Source: Octopus bimaculoides (Eukaryota). From it: DNA of 64,000 nt. This document shows, piece by piece, positions 1 through 12,400 of the stretch. The stretch spans positions 121,809,479 through 121,873,478 of the forward strand of contig NC_068982.1 in NCBI RefSeq assembly GCF_001194135.2, written 5' to 3'. Position numbers and translations under genes: made by a program. Under the pieces are notes generated by a model. That model saw only the letters and a program-made list of their open reading frames with translations. It made no database searches and was not told where the DNA came from. The first letter of the stretch is position 1. Every line of letters starts with the position of its first letter.

Positions 1-384
1 GAGGCCATCGTAGGATTTTCCAGCAAGATCGTTTCCAGTGCTCCTGGACTGGCTCATGTGTGAGCGACACATGAGGTTTTTCGAGCGAGATCGTTGCCAG
101 TGCCCCTGAACTGGCTCTTGTGCGGGGCCGCCGTAGGATTTTCGAGCGAGATCGTTGCCGGTGCCCCTGGACTGGCTCATGTGCGGGCAACACACATGAC
201 CTTTGTGCGGGTGACACGTAAAAGCACCCACCACACTCTCTGAGTGGTTGTCGTTAGGAAGGGCATCCAGCTGTAGAAACTCTGCCAGATCAGATTGGAG
301 CCTGGTGTAGCCATCTGGTTTCACCAGTCCTCAGACAAATCGTCCAACCCATGCTAGCATGGAAAGCGGACGTTAAACGACGAC
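1..384 (+). mobile_element. 3' end of RTE-clade LINE or derivative with ~60-bp tandem repeats
   Basis: Ends ttaggaagggcatccagctgtagaaac...catgctagcatggaaagcggacgttaaacgacgac, the same tail that follows RTE RT ORFs elsewhere in the window (reverse complement at 5800-5960). Confidence 0.8.
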
Positions 385-500
385 ATTTGACAGATATTTG
401 TCCTCATCTTGTTTGTTGTTAACATGTTTCAGCTGATATACCCTCTAGCCTTCATCAGGCGTCTCGAGGAAATTTCGTCAATATCCGTCAAATGTAAATA
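385..500 (-). ncRNA. Hammerhead-ribozyme-like motif in a probable Penelope-like element terminal repeat
   Basis: Minus strand 458-421 reads CTGATGA-A-GGCT-agagggtatatc-AGCT-GAAACATGTT: intact core, stem II and palindromic ACATGT. Flanked by the inverted repeat catttgacagatatt / aatatccgtcaaatg. Confidence 0.5.
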
Positions 501-1289
501 ATGTAAATAATTCCTCATCTCTTAAATATAGAATTACATATATATTGTTTCAATTTTCTGCACAAGGCCAGCAATTTTGAGAGGAATGGAATTAATTATA
601 TCAACCCCTGGTGCTTTATTTTATTGACCTTGAAAGATGAAAGGATGGAAGGCAACAAGGCAAAGGTTTACCACTCAAGAAAAGCAGCAAATCAAAGTTT
701 ACAGCACAAGTAAAGTAGTCTGACAAAAGCATATAACCTTTGCCAGATCGTGCTTTACTTGAGCTGCGCTTTTTGACTTTATAGTCTTTTGTAAATTTTT
801 TTATATGTGGGGAGGAGGGGCATGCTGAAATTAGACCTATAGGAAATGATAATTAGGTGTGATGTAGAAGAGGGTAGGAGGATAGTGTTTGGCGGGTGTG
901 GGGTGCTAGAAAGTTATGGTAAGCAAATTTACTTGGTTTGATGTGGAAGCTTCATTATTGTTTACGGTTCAGCCAAGCATGATAATGTGAATAGTTTGTC
1001 GAATTCATTTCACATGTTTGTGAATTGAAAGTTGTTTTTTCCTTATGATAATGGATTCAGAAAACAATGTTAGTAGATAAATTAGTTAGTCACACACTAT
1101 AGTTCAGATTTAGGTTGAATTGGTGTTGGTATTATTTGACTTCTTTTAGGAAATTTTAAGCTGAGTGTTTTGGGGAGGTTAAGATTGAAGAAATATTTAT
1201 TGGTGGTTGTTTGGTCCGTTTCTAGTGTGGCTGTTTGCATTTATATTATATCATTGTAGACAAATGCATACATGTAACCATGTACGCAC

Positions 1290-1458
1290 ATACAGTACCA
1301 ATACTGCAAAAAACACACCAGGTACACCCTGTAAAGTGTTTGGCATTAGGAAGGGCAGCCAGCAAACATTACAACTCAGTGCAATCCTCTGGCTCATTAA
1401 ATCCTATCAAACTGTCCAATCCATGCCAGTATTGAAGACAGACATTAAATGGTGATGA
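1290..1458 (+). mobile_element. RTE-type 3' tail fragment
   Basis: ggcattaggaagggcagccagc...ccaatccatgccagtattgaagacagacattaaatggtgatga, a diverged copy of the same tail. Confidence 0.65.
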
Positions 1459-1474
1459 CATATATGTATGTGTG

Positions 1475-1515
<41 letters not shown>

Positions 1516-1568
1516 GTGTGTGTGTGTATCTGTATTATAAATATTTATGCATACAGTTATATTTTCAG

Positions 1569-1660
1569 GCGTTGGTAAAACATCACTTGTACAGCTTCTT
1601 TGTCATGGTGAAGCTACAAATAATCCAGCATACACAATTGGTTGTTCTGTAGAGGTTGCT
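1569..1660 (+). CDS. RABL3: RABL3 coding exon 2 (first exon in window; CDS 5'-partial), contains P-loop GVGKT
   Basis: ttttcag|GC acceptor, GCT|gtaagt donor; translates (G)[30 protein letters not shown], resembling the RABL3 N-terminus (GVGKSSLVHLLC...TVGCSVDV). The start-codon exon is not visible in 1-1568. Confidence 0.93.
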
Positions 1661-2594
1661 GTAAGTATTCATATAACAACACTTGCTTACAATGACATTA
1701 TACCAATGCCCTAATTCTCATGATTGAATCTGGCAAAGAATTAAAGAAAGTATTTCAAACAAAAAGGCAGAGTCTAAAATCGTAATATCTTAAAAGTAAA
1801 TCTAGCTGTTGAAAGTATTAATAAGAAAGAACTCAAGACTCTATTGCTTTAAGCAACATGTGGGAACTTTATAATATGTACCCAGGAATGGGTGTATGGT
1901 TGAGAAGTTAGCTTCTTGATTGTATGGTTTTGGTTTACTCCCACTGTGTGACAGGTTGAGTATATGTCTTCTACTATAGCTCCAAGCCAGCCAAAACCTT
2001 CTGAGGAATTTGATAGATGGTAACTGCAGGAATCTCATGTGTGTGTGTTTGTACATGAATATTGATTTTCCAGATTTATCATAGAGTGAAGCTACAATCA
2101 TGTTTACATTTCCTTGTTGACATTGCAACCAGCTGCTCTGTTCTGTCAAAGATCTTTTGAAACAAAAAAAATCCGTTACTAAAAAATAGGTAAAGGCTGG
2201 CAATGGGAAGAGCATCCAACCATAAGACTTTGCCACAAGCCACAATTAATGCCCCGTCCAAACCTATACTTGCACGAAAACATGAACATTGGATAAATGA
2301 AACTTATGAAAACTATGAGTGCACAAGACATGCAATAACATCATGGATGGACGGCCAGGTGGATGGATGGCTGGGTCTCTCTACATAGCTAGCAGAATAA
2401 GTAGATAAATAGATAGCAAATGATGGAAAAGAAAATAGAGAGATAAATTGAATACAGATGGCGGACATGGTTCTTCCAATTTTCTTTTTATTTCTTTTTC
2501 TTTAGCCCTAGGACTTATAAAGCCAATTACCCTAGCATATAAGTAATCAAGATCACAACATTACTCTGAACAAGATGCCAGTATGTTGCAGGGT

Positions 2595-2800
2595 TGAAGG
2601 CCAGCAATTTTAAGGGAAGGACTCAAGTTGATTCCTGTGATTCTAGTACTTGACTGGTACTTTATTTTATCAATCCCAAAGAGATGTGAAAGGAAAAATT
2701 AACCTTAGCGTGGTTTGAACACAGAATGTCAAAAGACAGAAGAAATACCACTAAGCATTTTTGTCCGATGTGCTAATGATTCTACCAGCTTTCCACCAAT
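2595..2800 (-). mobile_element. tRNA-derived SINE (Nin/Inv-domain-like family)
   Basis: Related copies at ~565-640, ~8200-8300 (+), 39960-40165 and 58270-58455 share gactggtacttattttat(c/t)gaccc...gaaaggatgaaaggcaaagtcaacc and a degenerate tRNA-like head. Confidence 0.65.
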
Positions 2801-2906
2801 CATCTATCCATATTTAAGTATTGTTTTCTATGTTATAGCATCCTTGTGTTAAGTGATTCTTTGACTATCTCTGTCTTTCTATCTTCACATATGGGACAAC
2901 TCACAG

Positions 2907-3024
2907 TTACATGAATATAAAGCAGGAACTGCTGATGAACGCACATACTTTGTTGAATTGTGGGATATCGGAGGTGCTACACAGCACAAGAATAGCAGAT
3001 ACATTTTTTACAACCCTTTTCATG
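2907..3024 (+). CDS. RABL3: RABL3 coding exon 3 (G3 DxxG motif)
   Basis: cacag| ... G|gtacgt; 118 nt, phase 0 to 1; LHEYKAGTADERTYFVELWDIGGATQHKNSRYIFYNPFH(G). Confidence 0.95.
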
Positions 3025-3544
3025 GTACGTCAAAATTTCACTCACCTTTTCAACATATATTATTAGCATATAGCTGAAAGCGTTTTCAGCATATTTATGC
3101 ATAAATATGAACATTTATATTTGTATTCATTTGTGTATAAATCATTATTATTAGTGGCATGCCTTATATGGGCAATGGTGTAGTTGTTTAGTCCTTGATT
3201 AACTTATTATTGTATTTGTTCAGCTCTAAGCTAGCCCTGATTCAACAGATGTACAATTAAAGTCACTCAGGTTGCAATTGTCTTATTTTTTTTATTTACT
3301 TTTTCTTACTTTTTAATTTGTATCATAATATTATTTGATGGCGTTTTTCTCCTTTAACAATAATTGGTAGAGTTATATATTAAAAGAGATTTGGTTGCTA
3401 TTTGTATCAGGCTGAGTAATCAAACTGAAGCTGCCTTTATTACTTCATATAATTGCTGTTCTTGTTTAATCCTAAATCAGCCCTGATTGACCAAGCCTAT
3501 AATCAAAGACATTCCTGCCATGAAAATCCCCTTTTTCTATATAT

Positions 3545-3974
3545 TCTTTCATTCTTTTACTTGTTTCAGTCATCTGGCTGTGGCCATGCTGGAGCACTGC
3601 CTTTAGTTGATCAAATTGACTCTAGGACTTATTCTTTGTAAGCCTAGTACTTATTCTATCAGTCTCTTTTTGCCGAACTGCTAAGTGACAGGGACAAACA
3701 CACCAACATTGGTTGTCTAGCGATGGTGGAGTGACAAACACAGACACAAATAACAAATACATACACACAGACACACACACACACATACACACACATATAT
3801 ATATATATATACACACGACAGGCTTCTTTCGGTTTTCATCTACCAAATCCATTCACAAGGCTTTGGTCAGCCCGAGGCTATAGTAGAAGACACTTGCCCA
3901 AGGTACCACACAGTGGGACTGAACCGGGAACCATGTGGTTGGGAAGCAAGCTTCTTACCACACAGCCACTCCTG
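3545..3974 (-). mobile_element. tRNA-derived CORE-type SINE (octopus OR2-like)
   Basis: Minus strand: tRNA-like head ggagtggctgtgtggtaagaagcttgcttcccaaccacatggttcccggttcagtccc, CORE-like ccttgggcaagtgtcttctactatagcc, internal CA/TA microsatellite, tail ctccagcatggccacagcc..gactgaaacaagtaaaagaat. Confidence 0.8.
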
Positions 3975-4381
3975 TAGAATTACATTATTCTATATGTCCC
4001 TCCTTTTTTCTAAGATGGTAGATAAAGTGTTATTTGAGAGTTATTTGGCTGCTACTTCTAACAAGCCAAGTGATCCCTTGGAAACTTGATACCTGTAACT
4101 TGTATGGTAAAATATTTGTCTACTATAATATGTTAATTATTACTACTATAATTAACATGTCATAACAGCCAACAAGGCATAAATAATGGTCATTACATAT
4201 TTTTCTTTATTGTAGTAAATTTGACTAACAGCTATTTCCAGTAGTCATTATAAGTATGTTATTGACAGGTTTATTCAATTGGCCCATTGATCATTTGAGA
4301 AAAATTGAATGACCTAGAAAATTAATGCTACTTTGGTCAGAGTTATTTCTAATTATATATATATTAACAAATATATATATA

Positions 4382-4750
4382 TGTTGTTGTTGTCGGCACT
4401 CCGTTGTTTACAACGTCGAGGGTTCCAGTTGATCCGATCAACGGAACAGCCTGCTCGTGAAATTACCGTGCAAGTGGCTGAGCACTCCACAGACACGTGT
4501 ACCCTTAACGTAGTTCTCGGAGATATTCAGCGTGACACAGTGTGACAAGGCTGGCCCTTTGAATTACAGGCACAACAGAAACAGGAAGAAAGAGTGAGGG
4601 AAAGTTATAGTGAAAGAGTACAGCAGAGTTCACCACCATCCCCTGCGGAACCTCAGGTGTTTTCGCTCAATAAACACTCACAACGCCCGGTCTGGGAATC
4701 GAAACTGCGATCCTATGACCGCGAGTCTGCTGCCCTAACCACTGGGCCAT
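4382..4750 (-). mobile_element. tRNA-derived SINE, distinct family, 5' end at the gap edge
   Basis: Minus strand starts atggcccagtggttagggcagcagactcgcggtcataggatcgcagtttcgattcccagacc (A and B boxes) and ends in an (AAC)n tail. Confidence 0.8.
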
Positions 4751-5385
4751 NNNNNNNNNNNNNNNNNNNNNNNNNNNNNNNNNNNNNNNNNNNNNNNNNN
4801 NNNNNNNNNNNNNNNNNNNNNNNNNNNNNNNNNNNNNNNNNNNNNNNNNNNNNNNNNNNNNNNNNNNNNNNNNNNNNNNNNNNNNNNNNNNNNNNNNNNN
4901 NNNNNNNNNNNNNNNNNNNNNNNNNNNNNNNNNNNNNNNNNNNNNNNNNNNNNNNNNNNNNNNNNNNNNNNNNNNNNNNNNNNNNNNNNNNNNNNNNNNN
5001 NNNNNNNNNNNNNNNNNNNNNNNNNNNNNNNNNNNNNNNNNNNNNNNNNNNNNNNNNNNNNNNNNNNNNNNNNNNNNNNNNNNNNNNNNNNNNNNNNNNN
5101 NNNNNNNNNNNNNNNNNNNNNNNNNNNNNNNNNNNNNNNNNNNNNNNNNNNNNNNNNNNNNNNNNNNNNNNNNNNNNNNNNNNNNNNNNNNNNNNNNNNN
5201 NNNNNNNNNNNNNNNNNNNNNNNNNNNNNNNNNNNNNNNNNNNNNNNNNNNNNNNNNNNNNNNNNNNNNNNNNNNNNNNNNNNNNNNNNNNNNNNNNNNN
5301 NNNNNNNNNNNNNNNNNNNNNNNNNNNNNNNNNNNNNNNNNNNNNNNNNNNNNNNNNNNNNNNNNNNNNNNNNNNNNNNNNNNNN
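4751..5385. other. Assembly gap (others: 6283-6560, 38763-39034, 45328-45978, 47323-48009, plus short 10-26 N gaps)
   Basis: Runs of N; poly-X ORFs in the track are artefacts of these gaps. Confidence 0.99.
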
Positions 5386-5767
5386 TATATATATATATAT
5401 ATATGTATATATATGTATATATATGTAAATCTCTACCAAATATTTGGTAAAATATTGTACCTGTTATCAAAGTAACAAAATTCTCACTTGAAAAGTTGTT
5501 TATACTATAAAAGTTGTTTATAATATAAAGACTTTCAAATATGTGATACAATTTTGGGTGCATATCAGTTTAAATAAGAGCCATAACACAATCCTATAAT
5601 AAAACTTGTTTAATATCCTGTGCATAGGATATTAAACAAGTTTTATTATAGGATTGCATTATGGCTCTTATTTAAATATATATGTGTGTGTGTGTGTGTG
5701 TGTGTATAGTAAGTATATTCTGTTTGTTAAATGTGTGTGTGGTGAAGAATTCAATGAAATCTTGCTA

Positions 5768-5769
<2 letters not shown>

Positions 5770-5800
<31 letters not shown>

Positions 5801-7265
5801 GTTTAACGTCCGCTTTCTATGCTAGCATGGGTTGGACGATTTGACTGAGGACTGGCAAGCCAGAAGGCTGCACCAGGCTCCAATCTGATCTGGCAGAGTT
5901 TCTACAGCTGGATGCCCTTTCTAACGCCAACCACTCTGAGAGTGTAGTGGGTGCTTTAATGTGCCACTGGCACGAGGGCCAGTCACAAAGTACTGGCAAC
6001 GGCCACGCTCAAAAGGTAATTTTTACGTGCCACCTGCACGGGAGCCAGTCCAGCGGCACTGGCAACGACCTCGCTCGAATGATTTTCTAACGTGCCACCA
6101 GCAAAAGTGCTAGAAGGCAACGCTGGTAATGATTACACTTTAATGGTGCTATTTACGGGCCACTAGCACAGAAGCCAGACAGCTGCTCTGGCAATGAACA
6201 CGCTCAACAGTGCTGTTAGTGCTCCACTGGCGCAGTGACCAGTCATTGAGTATGGTTCAATTACGATTTTACTTGCTCCAACNNNNNNNNNNNNNNNNNN
6301 NNNNNNNNNNNNNNNNNNNNNNNNNNNNNNNNNNNNNNNNNNNNNNNNNNNNNNNNNNNNNNNNNNNNNNNNNNNNNNNNNNNNNNNNNNNNNNNNNNNN
6401 NNNNNNNNNNNNNNNNNNNNNNNNNNNNNNNNNNNNNNNNNNNNNNNNNNNNNNNNNNNNNNNNNNNNNNNNNNNNNNNNNNNNNNNNNNNNNNNNNNNN
6501 NNNNNNNNNNNNNNNNNNNNNNNNNNNNNNNNNNNNNNNNNNNNNNNNNNNNNNNNNNNNCGTGCTTCACCACCTCATCCCAGATCTTCCTGGGTCTACC
6601 TCTTCCACAGGTTCCCTCAACTGCTAGGGTGTGGCACTTTTTCACACAGCTATCCTCATCCATTCTTGCCACATGTCTATACCAGCACAATCGTCTCTCT
6701 TGCACACCACAACTGATGCTTCTTAGGTCTAACTTTTCTCTCAAGGTACTTAAATTCTGTCGAGTATGCACACTTACATTACACATCCATCGGAGCATAC
6801 TGGCTTCGTTTCTTGCAAGCTTACGCATATCCTCAGCAGTCACGGTCCATGTTTCACTGCCATGTAGCATGGCTGTTCGTACACATGTGTCATGCAGTCT
6901 GCCTTTTACTCTGAGTGAGAGGCTCTTTGACACCAGCAGAGGTAAGAGCTCTCTAAACTTTGCCCAGGCTGTTCTTATTCTAGCAGCTACACTTTCAGTG
7001 CACTCTCCCCCGCTACAAACTTGGTCACCTAGGTAGCAGAAGCTATCAACTACTTCTAGTTTTTCACCCTGGAGTGTGGTAAAAGTTGTTTTCTGCACGT
7101 TCTCAGTGTTTATTGCTCCTGAGGATCTGTCACATACAAAAACTATCTTGCTAGTTAGCCTTCCTTTGATATTGCTGCACCTCTTATGTGTCCATAGCTT
7201 ACACTGGGTACAGATCAAGCAGGGCTCCACTACTCCTTTACAAAAATTGACCTCACCCTTCACTC
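5770..7265 (-). mobile_element. 5'-truncated RTE-clade LINE (RT C-terminal half, PHD-like finger, 3' tail with (GAT)n)
   Basis: ORF 6163..7263 carries EVVDSFCYLGD, AWAKFRELLPLL, TAMLHGSETW, EASMLRWMC and GRGRPRKIW; (cat)n tract at 5770-5800. Contains gap 6283-6560. Confidence 0.92.
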
Positions 7266-7892
7266 ACCATGATCGAATAATTTATAATGTGAGGAATTTA
7301 AAACAAAACTTCCAAGTCAAAATTATAAGTTGATATTATATTTGATTGCAATAAAGTAGGATAAGTGTATGAAATATATTACTGATATTTAGCTACAAAA
7401 TGTGTGCAAGTAGAAAGAAGTGTGGCTATCACAATATATTCAAGGTCACATTTTACTTGAGTAAATTAAATGCAATAATTTTTTTTTAAACCAGTTCTTG
7501 AAAATTTCATTTCATTAAAAAATTTATACTGTACATATCATTCAGCATCTCCATACACGTTTGACTCATCTCAATGCATACCATTTGCCTTATCTGACTT
7601 ATTTCCCTTAGATACAGTTTATATTACTTCTTTATGAATTAGTGTTGGTCTCTCTTTCAGTTGTCCTTTTCTCCTTTTTCTAATACAATGAGGTTTGATA
7701 TGAACAGACAGTACAGTGTTCACTTACACACTGCTCCATTAATTTGTAAAAACATTGTCAATAATATGAAACTAAAAATAATCAGTGTACAGAGAGAGAG
7801 AGAGAGAAGCAGGGAGAGAAAAAGGGGAGAGAGAATGAACTCATCTTTTTGTTTCATAAATTGAGTTGTCAGTCCTTTTCCCATCTTTCCAG

Positions 7893-8007
7893 GAATTATT
7901 CTTGTTCATGACTTGACAAATCGGAAATCTCACCAGAATTTAAGGAAATGGTTGACAGAAGTTTTAAACAAAGGAACCAGTAAAGGAAACAACAGGGAAT
8001 ACAATGA
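7893..8007 (+). CDS. RABL3: RABL3 coding exon 4
   Basis: ccatctttccag| ... GA|gtaagc; 115 nt, phase 1 to 2; (G)IILVHDLTNRKSHQNLRKWLTEVLNKGTSKGNNREYN(E), with the RABL3-typical GII.VHDLTN.KS..NL..W. Confidence 0.95.
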
Positions 8008-8308
8008 GTAAGCAGACTTTTATCGAACCATTTTGTTTCTGCTTGAGCCCTCACTCACATTACCATTGTCACTTTTTATTTGGTCATCATCATCATCATC
8101 ATCATCATTATGTATATGTATGATTTATTCTGTAAAAATCACAAGTCTCACTTAATAATTATCGATGTATTATAGCAAAAATGGCAGATAAAAATGTCCT
8201 ATAGTGTGCATTCCAGCCCTCTACAATTTGAGTTCATGTCCTGTTAAGGTCACCTTTGCCGTTCATATTTGCAGTTGATAAATAAATTACCAGTCCACTA
8301 TATTGATT

Positions 8309-8407
<99 letters not shown>

Positions 8408-8774
8408 ACCAATCTATCTATCTATCTACCAATCTCTCATACCTGTAATTCATAAGGCCAGCCTTGTGACTTTGTTTCATAAGTACATATGTCTAGATAT
8501 TAATTATATATTAATTTCAGAAATAGGAATTTAGTTGGTCAACCATCTTATTCCTTGATTGATGATTAAAAACAATTACTGGTCAAGAACTGAGATTGAT
8601 CTAATTAACTATTCTTTCCAACCAGGATTTGCAGGATTTTGTATCTATGTTAGAAATTAACATTTTATTGATTAAATATTGTATAACTATCCAAAATCTT
8701 CTGCCTTCCTATCATCTTTATATCTTTATCAGCTCTATTTGCTTTTAGTCAAGTAATGATTGTCTTCTTTGTAG

Positions 8775-8925
8775 GTGTGATTTTGATCCTGAACAATTTG
8801 CTGGTAACCAGATACCAATATTGGTAGTCGGAACCAAAGTTGATCTAGCACAAAGTCTGCGAGACAATTTTCTCTCCAAACGCTCAACAGTTGCTGAGGA
8901 ATGTGGTGCTGGTGAAATAAACTTA
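8775..8925 (+). CDS. RABL3: RABL3 coding exon 5 (G4 GTKxD motif)
   Basis: cttctttgtag| ... TTA|gtaagt; 151 nt, phase 2 to 0; CDFDPEQFAGNQIPILVVGTKVDLAQSLRDNFLSKRSTVAEECGAGEINL. Confidence 0.95.
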
Positions 8926-10375
8926 GTAAGTCAATATTATCTGGGATTTATTTCTCACAGTTAGTAACTGTTTGATGATTAATATGTCTGATAGATATAA
9001 CACAGATGACAGAAAAATAGGGTTATAAATAAAGGATGGTGATACTATTGGTGTAATGTATATGTCAGTGGTATGACGAAAGCAGGCAAGAAAGAGTATA
9101 CAGTGTATTTGAAGAGACTATGGAATATGTGTCAATAATGTGATGTTATACAGTACTGGTGACTGGCAAGACTATATGGTGTATGTGTTAGTTGTATGAT
9201 GTTGGTAGAGGACCTGTAGTGACAGGAATGACTGTTTCAGTAGTGTTGTATGGTAGTGAATACAGAGAGCTAAGTTTGATGATGGCTTGCCTCCTAGTTG
9301 TATTTATCATGTGAGCTTTGAATAACATCCTCAACCACCAATCTATCAAGTTTTTGAATTGCCAACTTATGAATTTTCATTGTTGACAAATTTCTAAATT
9401 GCATGAATTTTTTTTATTGACTTTGATGTATGAAGTTAGCTTCTTTATTTTGTTTGCAGTTTTAAGTTAGTTATAGGGTGACTTCTCTTGTGGTATTAAA
9501 CTAAATATGGTGAAGTCAGAAGGCTTAAGTGTTGTATGTTTTGCATTTTGGTGTACATGATGCAAATGGTCTTCAGTTACTATTTTGTGACCTCTAAAGA
9601 GCTGTAATTTGTACATTATGCCTTTTATTTTATGTTGTGTTTGATACTAATGAACTCTATGCTTGACATGCATAATCAAATATTGGCTTATCACTTACTT
9701 TGTTGGTTGCTTTAATTGTGAATTTATCTTGTCCCAAGTATTGTCAACCTATAATTTTAAAGTCAGATTTCTCTGCCAGCCAGTGATTTAAGGATATGGC
9801 TTCTCTTGAACATGAGGTCTTCATTCATTTACTACAGTCTGGTGAAAAAGTGAACATTGTCTCAAATGTGATTTTTTTTGTATCTTGGATTGTTACTCCA
9901 AGATAGTTAGTTTGTGGCTAGGAACTTGGAGAGAATAATGGAATTGGACAGTTTAGGGGATGAACAAAGTTGACATAAGTGCTAAAAGTTGCTATCCTCT
10001 GCCTGAAAAAGAGAAAATAGAGTAGCACTTCCAATATAGAACCATATTCCAAACAGAATGCAAATTACTCTACTAAACTTACCCAAAACACAGTCCTTAT
10101 GTATAGTTCATCTTAGAACTTCCAAAACACAGTTTTTTTGGCAAAGATATAGTCAGTATTGCCTAGTTTGCTCTGAATACTACTATTCAAAGCTAGGATT
10201 GAATGAAACCTAAGGATTAAAAGAAAATGGATATGTTGTGGTTGTGGAAAACAACTATTCAAGACGAAAATCCTAGAGGTTAAGCATGTTGGTCAGTTGA
10301 CTTAAATCAACTTATCCCAGGCATTAAATGTATTCATTAGCTCTACTAATGAGCAAATCCATGTTTCTATTGCAG

Positions 10376-10447
10376 GATTGTAAACAAAAGAAATTCCTGG
10401 CTCCTGGATCTACCAATGCAGTAAAGGTGGCCAAATTTTTTGATAAG
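10376..10447 (+). CDS. RABL3: RABL3 coding exon 6
   Basis: ttctattgcag| ... AAG|gtatta; 72 nt; DCKQKKFLAPGSTNAVKVAKFFDK (RABL3-typical DC....LA.GS.NAVK...FFDK). Confidence 0.95.
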
Positions 10448-11124
10448 GTATTATTATACACTTAACCCCTCTTCCTACTTGTATTTTGACCAGACATCTT
10501 AGCAACATCACTCTACATTCCTCAGTTTCTCCTCTCATTAAACTTCATACCACAGTTCAATGGGTGGTATTCAGAAAAGATGATGTCTGACTATCAAAAG
10601 GTCAACCTAAGACATTTTAATGCTACTATGGCCATTCTACTCATCTTACTGTGTAATACTGCTTGCCTCAGTCTGCCATCCTAATATCAGGTACTTCTCC
10701 TACTTTACAGCTGAGTGGTTAATGTTCATAACTGATATCCAATTATAAACACAAACTTTGTAACAGGGTACAACTGTCTATGTTAATGTGAGAGGGAGGG
10801 TTTAAAACTGTAAAAAGGCATTTTCCACTTCATTGTTTTAATTAGTTAGTCTAAGAGAGAGAAGATAATGCTAATAACCTATATAAACCCTCGTAGATGG
10901 AGGTGAGGTATGGTTAACTACTGGAAGTTAGTCTCATCTATTGGTGGCAGAGGTAAAAACATGGACAAGGAAGGAGTTCCAGAGGTTTAGTTCTGTGTAA
11001 GGATTGTACTAATGGTATACTAATTCTGATGTACTATATGAATTGTTTGGGCAAGTGATTTTACACTTGGATACCTCGACTTAAAGATAACTATTCAATT
11101 TTGTTATCATGTATTCATTGTTGA

Positions 11125-12400
11125 TCATCATCATCATTTAAGGTCCGTTGTCCATGTTGGCATGGGCTGAAAAGTTTGACCAGGGCTGGCGAGCTGGAAG
11201 GTTGCACCAGACTTCAGTCTGATTTGGCATGGTTTCTATGGCTGGATGCCCTTCCTAATGCCAACCACTCCGAGAGTGTAATGGATGCTTTTACATGTCA
11301 CCAGCACAAGTGTCATTTGTGTGATACCAATATCTGCCATAACTTAGATTTTACTTGGCTTGATGGATCTTCTTCTCAAGTGCAACATAATGCTAAAGGT
11401 GTCAGTCATTCATTATTGTACCCATGAGGCCCAACACTCGAAAGGAGCTTTTCATGTGCCACCGGCATCAGCCACTTTGCCTCTGTGAGGCCCAACACTT
11501 GAAAGGTGCTTTTTATATGCCACTGGCATGGGTGCCAGTTACATGACACCAGCATCTGCCACAACTATGATTTCACTTGACTTGACAGGTCTTCTCAAGC
11601 ACAGCATATCACCAAAGGTCCCAGTCACTAGTCATTTCCTCTGTGAGGCTCAGAGTTCAAAACTCATGTTTCATCACCTCATCCCATATATTCCTGAGTC
11701 TACCGCTACCACAGATTTCCTCCACAGTTAAAGATTGGCACTTCTTTATACAGCTGTCCTCATTCATACACATCACATGACCATATCAGCACAGTCGTCT
11801 CTCTTGCACACCACATCTGATACCTCTTATGCCCAACTGTTCTTTCAAGATGCTTACACTCTGTCAAACATGCACACTGACATTGCACATCCAGCAAAGC
11901 ATACTGGCTTCATTTCTTTCAAGCTATGCATGTCTTCAGCTGCCACAGCCCATGTTTCACTGCCATATAGCATAGCTGTTCACACTCAGGCATCGTACAA
12001 TCTGCTTTCACTCTGAGAAAGAGGCCCTTTGTTGCCAGCAGTGGTAGAAGCTCTCTGAAATTTGCCCAACCTATTTTTAATCTCACAGCTACACTCTCGG
12101 AGTATCCACCTCTGCTAGTAACTTGGTCACCTAGATAACAGAAGCTATCTACTACCTCTGGCTTCCCCCTCACAGTTGATGGAGTCTATTTTCTGTACAT
12201 TGTTGGTGTTTATTGTACCTGTGCATCTTCCACACACAAAAGTTATTTTCCTTGTTACCTTCCTCTGATATTGCTGCACCTCTTATATGTCCATAGCTTA
12301 CACCAGGTGCATCTTATGGAGTTTCTACCTACGCCTTTTCTACAAATCAAGCAGGGCCATCTACCTGAAGGGATCCTCTTGTTAATATTGTTATGCATGT
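11125..12400 (-). mobile_element. 5'-truncated, decayed RTE-clade LINE of the same family
   Basis: ORF pieces EVVDSFCYLGDQ and GWANFRELLPLL; nucleotide similarity to 5770-7265. Confidence 0.9.

Noticed and set aside
4685-4750. tRNA gene on the minus strand
   Set aside because: A and B boxes are present, but the sequence continues into a SINE body and (AAC)n tail; it is a SINE head.
4594-5563. Long ORFs of 230-300 aa here and at 45122-46060, 47177-48083 and 38347-39580
   Set aside because: Their length comes from N-runs (poly-X), not real coding sequence.
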